A stretch of 64,000 bases of DNA from an uncultured bacterium (lineage in GTDB: Bacteria; Patescibacteriota; Microgenomatia; UBA1400; UBA12108): assembly GCA_903945195.1 (NCBI GenBank), contig CAJAUT010000013.1, positions 11,473 to 75,472 of the forward strand. The letters run 5' to 3'. Positions 10,094-19,210 of the stretch are shown here, in pieces. The number at the start of each line of letters is the position of its first letter. The stretch's first letter is position 1. The position numbers were made by a program, and so were the translations under genes. Below the pieces are notes generated by a model. It was not told the DNA's origin. It saw only the letters and a list, made by a program, of their open reading frames with translations, and searched no databases.

Positions 10094-11765
10094 GACTGCC
10101 TATCAACTGAAGCAACTCCTTGTCGCGCCAAACATTTATATCGATCGTACAAATAGCAGAAATTAAATGAGTCAGAGGATAGTCCAGCTTTGTATTAAAG
10201 AGCATAAGCTGACGAGTTTCACCATCCTGCTCTACCGTTAGCTTCCTGTGTTTACCACTACTGCCCAGCTGTTTGTCTTCTAAGACTTTTAAATTTTCGA
10301 AATAAAATTTGGGCTTTTGATTGTGCATACCAAAAGGCTCCATAGTAGAGATGAGTTTGGCGAGCTTGAGACTGGTAGAAGAAAGATCTAACTTTAGATC
10401 GGCAAAGTGAGTTTTTACCAGCAATTCATCTGTGATTTTTTTGTCTGCCAAAGCCTCTAATTCTTTAGTCATAGCTTTTACATTTTTTTTGTCGAGACTA
10501 AAACCTGCGGCTTGGTCATGACCACCCAGACCAAGGAAAGGAGTCTTGAGCGATCTAAGTAAATCAGTGATACTGACACCATTGACTGAGCGCGCTGAAC
10601 CTTTGATCACCTCTCCGTTATCGCTCATGACGATTGCTGGCTTGTTGTACAACTCTGCGAGTTTGCCGGCTACTAGTCCTATGACGCCTTCGTGATAATC
10701 ACCGATGATGACAATGATTTTGTGCTTGGCTTTTAGAGCAGCTACTGACTGCAATGCACTATCTGTATATTCTTGCCTATCTTTGTTGTGCGACTCTATT
10801 TTTGCAGCCAGCTCTTTGGCTTGTTTAGTATCTGAAGTACAAAGGAGTCGTAGAGCATCGAGTGGATTGTAGATACGGCCAGCTGCGTTGATGCGGGGAG
10901 CGATGCCAAAACTAATGTCATAGGTTGAGAGATCTTTAGCTCCTACACCCATTGCTTCTTTCATAGCGACGAGTCCTGGACGCTTGGTACGGGTAAGTGC
11001 AAATAAACCTTCTACGCAAATAGATCTATTTAAACCAACTAGTGGCATCATGTCTCCTACTACGCCTATCGTGGCTAGATCAACTAGGCGGATAGCAGCA
11101 TCACCTAGGAGATACATAGCAAAGATCCAGGCTACGCCCGCTCCTGAGGTGGCAGTCGTGTGCACGATGGCAGTTGCTTCTGGAAGAACTGATTCTGGGA
11201 GATGATGATCGGTGATAATCGTATCTATGCCAGCTGATTTAAATGTCGATATACCCACGTGGGCCACAATGCCTGTATCGACAGTGATGATGAGCTTGGG
11301 GCGATAACCTTTCAAGCTAGTGTGACTGAAAGCCTCGCCACTGACTACCTCAGCTACTGCTTTGTCCCCTAGGCCGTAACCATGTTTGTGACGATCTGGC
11401 ATAAATGGGAGGATGCGAGAGGTAGATTTTTGGAGCTTGGCGTAAGCGGTGATGGCCTGCCACATGATAGCGGTAGAGGAGACTCCGTCGGCGTCGTAAT
11501 CGCCAAAAACACAGATATCGGAAGATTTCTCTAGATGCGAGTCTATGAGCTTTTTGGCTTTATTTAAAATGGATTTTTTAAGACCTGATTCGTGCAAGAG
11601 ATAATCTAGATCTGGGGCAACTGGGTGCAAAAACTCTTCTTTTTGAACTTTGGTCTTGTATCCCCTACTCTCCATGAGAGTGTCAAAGATATCTTTGGCG
11701 GTAGCACCCTCTTCTACTTTGGTTTTGAGCTTGATGTCCATATTAATTTGTTCGGATAAAATCAA
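10080..11765 (-). CDS. recJ: single-stranded-DNA-specific exonuclease RecJ
   Basis: DHH family motifs (GDYDADG, ITDHH). Confidence 0.8.
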   Translation of the reverse strand: MILSEQINMDIKLKTKVEEGATAKDIFDTLMESRGYKTKVQKEEFLHPVAPDLDYLLHESGLKKSILNKAKKLIDSHLEKSSDICVFGDYDADGVSSTAIMWQAITAYAKLQKSTSRILPFMPDRHKHGYGLGDKAVAEVVSGEAFSHTSLKGYRPKLIITVDTGIVAHVGISTFKSAGIDTIITDHHLPESVLPEATAIVHTTATSGAGVAWIFAMYLLGDAAIRLVDLATIGVVGDMMPLVGLNRSICVEGLFALTRTKRPGLVAMKEAMGVGAKDLSTYDISFGIAPRINAAGRIYNPLDALRLLCTSDTKQAKELAAKIESHNKDRQEYTDSALQSVAALKAKHKIIVIIGDYHEGVIGLVAGKLAELYNKPAIVMSDNGEVIKGSARSVNGVSITDLLRSLKTPFLGLGGHDQAAGFSLDKKNVKAMTKELEALADKKITDELLVKTHFADLKLDLSSTSLKLAKLISTMEPFGMHNQKPKFYFENLKVLEDKQLGSSGKHRKLTVEQDGETRQLMLFNTKLDYPLTHLISAICTIDINVWRDKELLQLIGSHVEI

Positions 11766-12462
11766 GTGCTGATTTCACCATTTCCTTCCAGGCATTTTTT
11801 TCTATATTTGATTCAGGCTTGAGCATCTTATGTCCATACCCTGAGATAATTATTTTTTGAATATATTTGGCTGATTTAGAGTATATTTCTTTTACTTGCT
11901 CTGGGATCGTTGTGTCGTTTTCACCATAGAGCAAGAGAGTGGGATTACTAAACGATGACAAAGAACTAAATGCCAAACTATCTATCCAATTATTTTCTGT
12001 GTTGATTGCGTCTGAAAATTTGGGGCCAAAGCTCTGAGACTCTGCATGTTGTCCATAAGCTGCAGCTGACTGTAGGATCAAGCCTTTGATATTTGAATGA
12101 GTACTTGTAAGTCTAGCGGCGATATGACCACCCATACTAGAACCCCATAGAAAGATTTGATTATCTGTAAGTCCTGTTATATCTTTAAAACTCTTTAAGG
12201 CTGACTCTGCATCTACCAACCTATCTTTTAAGTTGCTTTCTTCAAAGATGCCTTCACTTGAGCCGCAGCCTCTAAAACTAAATGCCAAGCTAGTAATATT
12301 TTTATCTGAAAAAAATGACTGCACATCGCCATATCTTTCTGCACTTGAATGCCCTCCGCCATGAAGGAATAAAATCCCAACTTTAGAATGAGCTCTCGGA
12401 GTGTCAATAACACCATGTAGGACAAGGTTGTCAGACCGAATTTTTATATCTAGTTTAGTCAT
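11743..12462 (-). CDS. alpha/beta hydrolase (esterase/dienelactone hydrolase-like)
   Basis: GSSMGG nucleophile elbow, HGGGH oxyanion region. Confidence 0.55.
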   Translation of the reverse strand: MTKLDIKIRSDNLVLHGVIDTPRAHSKVGILFLHGGGHSSAERYGDVQSFFSDKNITSLAFSFRGCGSSEGIFEESNLKDRLVDAESALKSFKDITGLTDNQIFLWGSSMGGHIAARLTSTHSNIKGLILQSAAAYGQHAESQSFGPKFSDAINTENNWIDSLAFSSLSSFSNPTLLLYGENDTTIPEQVKEIYSKSAKYIQKIIISGYGHKMLKPESNIEKNAWKEMVKSALDFIRTN

Positions 12463-12492
12463 ATATTGTTCCGATGAATCGATTCAACGGTA
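12463..12492 (-). promoter_or_regulatory. 30-nt leader element containing 12-nt palindrome TGAATCGATTCA, abutting ATG of 11743..12462
   Basis: Near-identical copy at 12946..12975 abutting ATG of the TrpR-like gene. Confidence 0.5.
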
Positions 12493-12945
12493 TTATTTTA
12501 GTTTGCTTTTAATTATTCTAGTTTTATTTCTAAGAGCTTTTTCCTTTGCTAGGTGATGCCAATCGTGATATTTTCCTGGCGGCAACTTGTCTAATATAAC
12601 ATCAATATTGTCAAAAAATGTTTCCCAGTTTTTTTCTTTATTCAATTTTTCTAGACCTAACTTTGTACTCTCGGAGGCATTTTTTAGCCAGCTGTTTACA
12701 CTCATAACTGCTGAGTTGCTAACAAATAAGGTATTTTTGATATGTAGTGCTGAATGTCCTCTCATGAGCAATACCATTATCATAAACCTCTTGCTAAACA
12801 TAATTTTTTCGGTAGGAGTTAAAAAATCATTAAAAAAATGATCAATTGCATCTGAGGATTGCATTTTAGCCACAAAACTACTAAATTCCGTATATATAAG
12901 ATCTCCCATTTCTGGTTGTAGCTGATGTTTTGAGACCTGTGTCAT
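12493..12945 (-). CDS. TrpR-like (YerC/YecD family) DNA-binding protein; start at ATG 12945 rather than TTG 12957
   Basis: FLTPTEKIMFSKRFMIMVLLMRG...VSNSAV resembles the Trp repressor/YerC helix-turn-helix. Confidence 0.45.
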   Translation of the reverse strand: MTQVSKHQLQPEMGDLIYTEFSSFVAKMQSSDAIDHFFNDFLTPTEKIMFSKRFMIMVLLMRGHSALHIKNTLFVSNSAVMSVNSWLKNASESTKLGLEKLNKEKNWETFFDNIDVILDKLPPGKYHDWHHLAKEKALRNKTRIIKSKLK

Positions 12946-12975
12946 AAAATGTTCCAATGAATCGATTCAACGGTA
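12946..12975 (-). promoter_or_regulatory. second copy of palindrome-bearing leader element (TGAATCGATTCA) abutting ATG
   Basis: 27/30 identity with 12463..12492 including the spacing to the ATGAC start. Confidence 0.5.
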
Positions 12976-13031
12976 TAAAATTACTGTATTAGTTACATGA
13001 TACACTCCTTGCCCTGTGGTAGACTAGCTTT

Positions 13032-14399
13032 ATGAAGTTTAAACTAGATCCTGGGGTAATAAAAATAGTAGAGACAATAGAAGCTGCGGGACACGAAGCG
13101 TGGATAGTGGGTGGGGCTGTGCGTGACCTACTACTAGACCTACCCTCTTACGACTGGGACGTGACCACAGATGCTACTCCAGAACTTATAGTACCTCTAT
13201 TTAACGAAAGCTTTTATGACAATGAATATGGCACAGTCAAAGTAGCTGGCAAGCATATCAGGGAGCAATTTAAGCTAGAAGAAGGAGCGATAGATGACTC
13301 CGTACTTTATGACATCACGACTTTTAGATCTGAAAGTGAGTACAGCGATAAACGTAGACCTGATAGCGTGGAGTGGGGTAAGACGATACAAGAGGATTTG
13401 AAAAGACGTGACTTTACCATAAATGCGATAGCTATAAATTTGAAGGATGAGATAGTTGATCCTTATGGTGGGCAAGAAGATATTATAAATAAACTGATCA
13501 AAGCGGTGGGGAGGCCTGGCGAAAGGTTTGAGGAAGATGCGCTTCGGATCATGAGGGCGATAAGATTATCTGCCCAGCTTGGGTTTGGCATCGAAGCAGA
13601 AACGCTAAAGGCTCTAAATGATAAAGTGCAAAACCTCAAAGAGATCTCGTGGGAAAGAATTGGGGCGGAAGTGATGAAGTTACTCTCCACGGAACACAGC
13701 GCTGACGGGATTATGCTCATGACCAATTGTGGGATCACAGAGATAATCATGCCAGAACTTCTAGAAATGAAAGAAGTAAAACAAGGTGGTCACCATATCT
13801 ATGATGTCTTTACTCACTCTATAGAAGCACTGCGTGCATGCCCGTCCCCTGATCCTGTGGTACGACTAGCTACCCTACTACATGATATCGACAAACCTGT
13901 TGTGTCTAGAGAAGGCGGAGAGCGCGGAGTTACATTTTACAATCATGAGGTCAGTGGTGCCCGTACTGCTAAACGTATATCTGAGAGACTAAAGCTATCT
14001 AAAAAAGATCAAGACAGAGTATTTACCCTCGTCAGGTGGCATATGTTTGTCTACGAATCCAAGATGACCGATGCTTCGATCCGCAGATTTATCCGCCGGG
14101 TGGGAAAAGAAAATATCCATGACATGCTGGCACTAAGGGTGGGCGACAGAGTTGGCGGAGGATCTAAAGCTACTAGCTGGCGACTCACAGAGCTGCAAAA
14201 AAGAATTGGTGAGCAATTTTACGAACCGCTCTCACTAAAAGATTTAAATATAAATGGTGCAGAGATTATGGAGATACTAAATATCACTCCATCTAGAAAA
14301 ATAGGAGAAATACTTAATACTTTGTTTGAAGAAATCTTAGATGATAGTAGTAAGAACACTAAAGAGTATTTGATTGCCCGTGTGAAAGAGCTTGGTTAA
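13032..14399 (+). CDS. cca: CCA-adding tRNA nucleotidyltransferase with HD domain
   Basis: GGAVRD and RRDFTINA head-domain motifs; HD domain (HHIYDV...LLHDIDK). Confidence 0.8.
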   Translation: MKFKLDPGVIKIVETIEAAGHEAWIVGGAVRDLLLDLPSYDWDVTTDATPELIVPLFNESFYDNEYGTVKVAGKHIREQFKLEEGAIDDSVLYDITTFRSESEYSDKRRPDSVEWGKTIQEDLKRRDFTINAIAINLKDEIVDPYGGQEDIINKLIKAVGRPGERFEEDALRIMRAIRLSAQLGFGIEAETLKALNDKVQNLKEISWERIGAEVMKLLSTEHSADGIMLMTNCGITEIIMPELLEMKEVKQGGHHIYDVFTHSIEALRACPSPDPVVRLATLLHDIDKPVVSREGGERGVTFYNHEVSGARTAKRISERLKLSKKDQDRVFTLVRWHMFVYESKMTDASIRRFIRRVGKENIHDMLALRVGDRVGGGSKATSWRLTELQKRIGEQFYEPLSLKDLNINGAEIMEILNITPSRKIGEILNTLFEEILDDSSKNTKEYLIARVKELG

Positions 14400-15435
14400 T
14401 TTCTCCGATAACCTGAGGACCTTCGTAGATCATACCCGTGATGAGCTGGAGTAGATCGGCGCCAGCTTTAAACTTTGCCTTAGCATCAAGCGCGTTAAAT
14501 ACTCCCCCTGTCCCAACGATCACGATATCTTTGCCAAATTTTTTCCTGGTATGACGAATTAGTTTTAAAGAATTTTCAAAAGTAGGCTTTCCGCTAAAGT
14601 TGCCTGACAAATGTGAAATTTTGGCGACTTCACTTGGGACAAGAGCTTTGTTTGTACGATCTTTGACTAGATTGGAAAAGACAAAACCTTTGATACCATA
14701 TTTAAGAGCTGTAGAGACTAGGTCATCTGATTCTTTGAGTGACAACTCATTGGCCATCTTTACGAAGATTGGTTGTTTGAGTTTTAGCTTTTTGACGGCA
14801 GCGCAAAGCTTGGAGAAGTTTTCAATACTAGAAAAAGCGCCTTTGAGTCTGATATTGGGACAGCTGATATTTAGCTCAAAATATTTGACATACTTGCGGG
14901 GAGCAAATAGCTTGAAGGTAAAAATATAATCATCGATGGCTTTTTTGAGACTATCGATTTGTGGGAGATTGGACGAGCCCACGCTGATACCGATGGTATG
15001 TCCCTTTAGATTCTTAGCGTCTAGCCTAGCGCGGACCTCTTTGGCTCCGCCAGATTTGAAACCTTTGTTTACTAGGAGTGACTGCGACATGGGAAGCCTA
15101 GCTAAGCGAGGCTTTGTATTGCCTTCGTAGGCGATAGCTGTGACTGTGCCTACTGTGTTGAAGCCAAATCCTACATGTTTCATGACGCGAGCCATATGAC
15201 CATCATAATCAAATCCTGCCGCAAGCCCGATGGGATTATCAAAAGTCACGCCTAATAACTTCTTAGTTAAATTTGGATTTTCATACCTGAATAGTCGACT
15301 AATTAGATCACCCATATTTTCGCTTTTTTCACCTATATAGGTAAAGCTGTCGTGTACTAGTTCTGCGTCAAACAGAAACAGAATCGGTTTGAGAATGTGT
15401 TTGTAGCTATAACTAAAAAATGAAGTGGCTAACAT
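14359..15435 (-). CDS. pyrD: dihydroorotate dehydrogenase (class 2-like)
   Basis: GLAAGFDYDG, NISCPN, GTGG motifs colinear with E. coli PyrD. Confidence 0.7.
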   Translation of the reverse strand: MLATSFFSYSYKHILKPILFLFDAELVHDSFTYIGEKSENMGDLISRLFRYENPNLTKKLLGVTFDNPIGLAAGFDYDGHMARVMKHVGFGFNTVGTVTAIAYEGNTKPRLARLPMSQSLLVNKGFKSGGAKEVRARLDAKNLKGHTIGISVGSSNLPQIDSLKKAIDDYIFTFKLFAPRKYVKYFELNISCPNIRLKGAFSSIENFSKLCAAVKKLKLKQPIFVKMANELSLKESDDLVSTALKYGIKGFVFSNLVKDRTNKALVPSEVAKISHLSGNFSGKPTFENSLKLIRHTRKKFGKDIVIVGTGGVFNALDAKAKFKAGADLLQLITGMIYEGPQVIGEINQALSHGQSNTL

Positions 15436-15436
15436 A

Positions 15437-15907
15437 TTAGAGCTCTATTAGTCTTTCTTTGCCTTCTTCTGCTAGATCCTCATTGAAGAATTTGATCTTT
15501 TTAGGCGTGATTTTGTACATGCGACCTGAGATGGCTTTTTTGATCATGCCTTCGTAACTATAATCTTTATTTGTGACTCCAAGAGTTTTATTCCAGAGGG
15601 TGATAGCGTGGGTTACTTTTCTGGCTCCAGAAATCTGCTTACAAAGTCCGTAGATTTGAAGGCCTTTCTTTTTGGTATTTGGAGACTGAGGAGCATCTGA
15701 GATCGCAACTGCCACTTTAGGATTTTTAGCTATTTGCTTGCCGTGGATAGTAGAGGGACTAGTGAGGAAGTAGATGTTTAGATCGTTGTCTATAGAGTAA
15801 TAGACTGTGCAGATCCAAGGGAAACGGCCACTAGTTGCTACAGCCATTTGATAATGGGAAGAAAGATATTTTTTGATGTGCTCTAGATCTTGTTCTCTTG
15901 TTAGCAT
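15437..15907 (-). CDS. pyridoxamine 5'-phosphate oxidase-like FMN-binding protein
   Basis: Size and split-barrel-like pattern; weak. Confidence 0.4.
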   Translation of the reverse strand: MLTREQDLEHIKKYLSSHYQMAVATSGRFPWICTVYYSIDNDLNIYFLTSPSTIHGKQIAKNPKVAVAISDAPQSPNTKKKGLQIYGLCKQISGARKVTHAITLWNKTLGVTNKDYSYEGMIKKAISGRMYKITPKKIKFFNEDLAEEGKERLIEL

Positions 15908-15919
15908 ATGACCTCCGTA

Positions 15920-16660
15920 TTATATAGTTGTTAAATATCCACCATCTACTGCGATAATTTGTCCTGACATGCTATCATTTTTTGCGACCATCAAGCAGGC
16001 TTCTGCAACATCTTCTGGTGAAACCCATTTCTTTGTAAGAGTAGTAGCTAACAATTCAGTCTCATCTTTTGTATTCATGTCATCCCAAAATCTGGTCTTG
16101 GTGAAACCAGGAGCGATTGTATTTACTAAAATAATTGGGGCAAGTGTTTTGGATAGTGATTTGGTGAAACTATTTAGACCTGATCTTGCCATGGAAAATG
16201 GTAGTACTGATCCACAACCACTGATACCACAAATTGAAGAGATGTTTACTATCCTGCCTCCGCCATTTTTTAACATGAGCTTAGCTGCTTCCTGGGCGCA
16301 GTAAACCATACTAAAGATATTTAGTTTGAACTCACTGATCAAGTTCTCCTGAGTTATATCAAAGAATGAAACTTTTTTTGCTAACCCAGCATTGTTGATT
16401 AAAATATCTATCTTTTCGTATTTTTCTACTATTTTAAGAAACATTTCTTTTACTTCAGTTGGATTTGAGACATCAGCCTTTATAGCTATGGCCTCTCCAC
16501 CATCGCTTTTGATATCGGAGACTAGTTTTTCTGCATCTTCTGAACTATTACTATAATTAATGACAACTTTAGAATGTTCTGCTGCAAACATGAGCGAGAC
16601 TGCTTTACCTATACCCTGACTTCCGCCCGTAACTAAGACTATCTTATCCTTGAATATCAT
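15920..16660 (-). CDS. short-chain dehydrogenase/reductase (FabG-like)
   Basis: TGGSQGIG NAD(P)-binding motif 8 aa from corrected start, NNAG motif, catalytic Y...K region; the track's 5' extension to 16726 runs antisense through the RNase P RNA. Confidence 0.75.
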   Translation of the reverse strand: MIFKDKIVLVTGGSQGIGKAVSLMFAAEHSKVVINYSNSSEDAEKLVSDIKSDGGEAIAIKADVSNPTEVKEMFLKIVEKYEKIDILINNAGLAKKVSFFDITQENLISEFKLNIFSMVYCAQEAAKLMLKNGGGRIVNISSICGISGCGSVLPFSMARSGLNSFTKSLSKTLAPIILVNTIAPGFTKTRFWDDMNTKDETELLATTLTKKWVSPEDVAEACLMVAKNDSMSGQIIAVDGGYLTTI

Positions 16661-16687
16661 AAGATTATTATACACTCTGTTATAATT

Positions 16688-17002
16688 CTCTTGCCTTGGG
16701 TAGGTGGATAGTCGGGCTGGTCGCAAGATCAGTCAGGAAAGTCCAGACAGCAGAGTGCAGGGTGGGTAGCGCAAGCTATCACGGGTAACCGCTAGTTTAG
16801 AGCAACAGTGACGAATCCCTTTAGTGGGAGTGAAACGGGCAATCCTCCCCGCTGCAACCGACGAATTTGGCCATGGGACGCACTCCCCTGCCCGCATTGC
16901 TACGCGCAAGCGTTGCAGGCGGGTGAGCCATAAAGTTTGCGGGCATTAGAGAAATGATTATCTTAAAAACAGAATCTGGCTTATGCCTACCCAAGGCAAA
17001 AT
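16688..17002 (+). ncRNA. rnpB: RNase P RNA (bacterial type A-like, reduced)
   Basis: P1 helix ttgccttgggtagg/cctacccaaggcaa; P4 strands AGGAAAGTCCAGAC and ACAGAATCTGGCTTAT; GCAGGGTG, GGTAACCG, GAGCAACAGTGA, GGGAGTGAAACGGG motifs in canonical order; P3 with GCAA tetraloop. Confidence 0.8.
16887..16924. repeat. diverged copy of the 42-nt repeat embedded in a peripheral (P12-like) helix of RNase P RNA
   Basis: cctgcccgca ...16-nt related spacer... ttgcaggcgggt matches the ends and order of the repeat at 11..52 and 58399..58440. Confidence 0.55.
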
Positions 17003-17005
17003 AAA

Positions 17006-17584
17006 CTAGTTTGAGTTCAATGCTTTCTCTAATCTTTGATATTCATCTCGGAATTTATCTTGATTAAGAGTTAGGATTCCAAACGATTGAAGCCTACTAT
17101 CTTTCTGATATTTCGTAATCACACCCAGGACATCAAATATACATCCTGGATAATCTCTGGTATTACCGGTAATCACACATGCAACTCCAGACGAGTAGGT
17201 CATGAGCCTACCAGCAAGGAACAAGTCAACTAGACTAGCGTGCTTACCAGCATCTCCATTAGAATGCAGAGCATAAATTTTAGATAAAATAAAAGCGTTA
17301 TCCTGAATTTTAACAAATATCTCTTGGTTTCTAGATACTGGAGTAAATATTTCGCTCTTAACAAATTTGTCCATTTTCACAGCTTCTTTTGGAGAAGTCA
17401 CGCTACGGGAAAACTCAAATTCTATTAGTGGATCAATCATAGGATAGGAAAATCCATATACCAGACTCGTGAACTGAGAAAATAGATCTTCGTCTTTGTA
17501 AATCTCATTTAGAAAATCAGAGTCTAGGAAAAGATATTTAGATGTTATATGTTTTTGTAAATCTGGACTTATTATCGTTGTCAT
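17006..17584 (-). CDS. PIN-like domain protein (putative VapC-like RNase), atypically long
   Basis: YLFLDSDFL (beta1 Asp), DNAFILSKIYA, ITGNTRDY motifs in PIN order; 4-nt start/stop overlap with the upstream small ORF. Confidence 0.35.
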   Translation of the reverse strand: MTTIISPDLQKHITSKYLFLDSDFLNEIYKDEDLFSQFTSLVYGFSYPMIDPLIEFEFSRSVTSPKEAVKMDKFVKSEIFTPVSRNQEIFVKIQDNAFILSKIYALHSNGDAGKHASLVDLFLAGRLMTYSSGVACVITGNTRDYPGCIFDVLGVITKYQKDSRLQSFGILTLNQDKFRDEYQRLEKALNSN

Positions 17585-17787
17585 ACGACTATATTTGGCC
17601 GGGCACTGGAAGCATATTCTTCACGAATTTTTCTTGCGCTAACGATAATCTCTGTCATTTCCTTGATTATTTGTGCTTTTGATTTTTTCATGACAGGTTT
17701 TGGCAATTTAATGCTAGTTTTTCTACCTAGATATGGTTTTAGATTTGGAAAGTTGGTCATATACTTATAATATACACTTTCTGTCAA
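17581..17787 (-). CDS. small basic protein, putative cognate antitoxin-like partner
   Basis: 59-68 aa, ATGA overlaps on both sides; no motif. Confidence 0.3.
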   Translation of the reverse strand: MTESVYYKYMTNFPNLKPYLGRKTSIKLPKPVMKKSKAQIIKEMTEIIVSARKIREEYASSARPNIVV

Positions 17788-18341
17788 ATGATTTCTGAGT
17801 ATTTTGGGATTCCGGGTTGATTAAAATCTAGGCAAACTAGCCCGCCCATGGGGATGTAACGAACTTCTTTTTTGAGTACTCCGTTTAGATAATATTTGAT
17901 TGGGTCTCCGTGCGAGACAATTAGGTGCGAAGAATTTTTACTCATTAGTTTTAATTTTTCGATGAAGTTGCTCATTCTTTCAAAGATCATCTTTGTGGTT
18001 TCCCCACCACCTTCTATATGTGCTGGTACGTCGTATGGGAAGTCACCTATGACTTTGTCGTGATCGGCTATAGAGATTCCCTGTAATGGAGTCAAAGTTT
18101 CGGTAAGCGCCTCATTTTGATTGGCTGCCAACTTTAACTCTTTACCTATGATGCTGGCAGTTTGATAACACCTCTCTATGGGACTACAAAAAATATCACG
18201 AATATTTAATGATTGGAGTTTGTCGGCTTGAAGGCGAGCTTGGGAGATACCTAGATCAGTTAGCGGAAAACCTGGCATGCGATAAGGCACAACTAAATCT
18301 GGATTTTGGTACTCACCATGCCTAGCAAAATATACTTTCAT
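17784..18341 (-). CDS. histidine phosphatase family protein (phosphoglycerate mutase-like)
   Basis: FARHGE catalytic motif and downstream His. Confidence 0.6.
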   Translation of the reverse strand: MKVYFARHGEYQNPDLVVPYRMPGFPLTDLGISQARLQADKLQSLNIRDIFCSPIERCYQTASIIGKELKLAANQNEALTETLTPLQGISIADHDKVIGDFPYDVPAHIEGGGETTKMIFERMSNFIEKLKLMSKNSSHLIVSHGDPIKYYLNGVLKKEVRYIPMGGLVCLDFNQPGIPKYSEII

Positions 18342-19210
18342 TTTTTAATCCGATGAGAAAATTTGTCCCAAGCAATTAAGATCGGAGCAGCTGTAAAGGT
18401 AGATGAGTAAGTGCCTGAGATAGTACCAATAAGTAGGGCAAAGATAAACCATTTTGTCGAGTCACCACCTAGGAGATACATCGCTAAAAGCATGAAGACA
18501 ATGGTGAGCGAGTTGTTGATACTGCGACCCATGGTTTCTACGACAGCCCGATTTACGATCTCTTCGAATTCTAGATAACCATGTTTTTTCTTTAGCTCAC
18601 GAATCCGATCATAAACCACAATCGTGTCGTGAACTGAAAAACTAAGGATGGTCAGAAGTGCCGTGACAAACAAAGTATCTACTTCTACTTTTAAATACAC
18701 TCCAAGTAAACTAAAGACACCAAGTAGGACTAGTGAGTCGTGAAGCATGGCTAGGATGGCAGAGATCCCAAACTTGATGTTTTTGAAACGGTAAGCGACA
18801 TAAAACAAAATCAGTGAGGCTGCTAGTAAAATCGCGGTCACGGTCTTTTTGATTAGCTCACTACCTAAAGCTGGGCCCACGGCATCATATGAAAGTTCCT
18901 TGACTCCTTCAAACTGGGATTTGTATTTTTGATAAATTTCTTTTTCTATCGGGCTTGCCGAGATAGTCCAGACATTTCCTTTTTGCATAACTTCACGGAT
19001 CTCGATCCCATCTTCTTTGGCAAAATCTTTGATTTTTGATTCTTCTGTATTTACTTCCCAAACTATGGTGGTGCCGCCGGTAAAGTCGATAGATGGTTTA
19101 AGACCCCGCGTGATGAGTGAGAAAGTGCCAGGAATGATGACGACTAGAGAGATAATGAAATATAGCCACCAATATTTCATCGGTTGAAGAATTTTTAGTT
19201 TATTTGCCAT
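18338..19210 (-). CDS. secF: protein translocase subunit SecF
   Basis: SecD/SecF family topology and motifs; follows secD. Confidence 0.8.
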   Translation of the reverse strand: MANKLKILQPMKYWWLYFIISLVVIIPGTFSLITRGLKPSIDFTGGTTIVWEVNTEESKIKDFAKEDGIEIREVMQKGNVWTISASPIEKEIYQKYKSQFEGVKELSYDAVGPALGSELIKKTVTAILLAASLILFYVAYRFKNIKFGISAILAMLHDSLVLLGVFSLLGVYLKVEVDTLFVTALLTILSFSVHDTIVVYDRIRELKKKHGYLEFEEIVNRAVVETMGRSINNSLTIVFMLLAMYLLGGDSTKWFIFALLIGTISGTYSSTFTAAPILIAWDKFSHRIKK

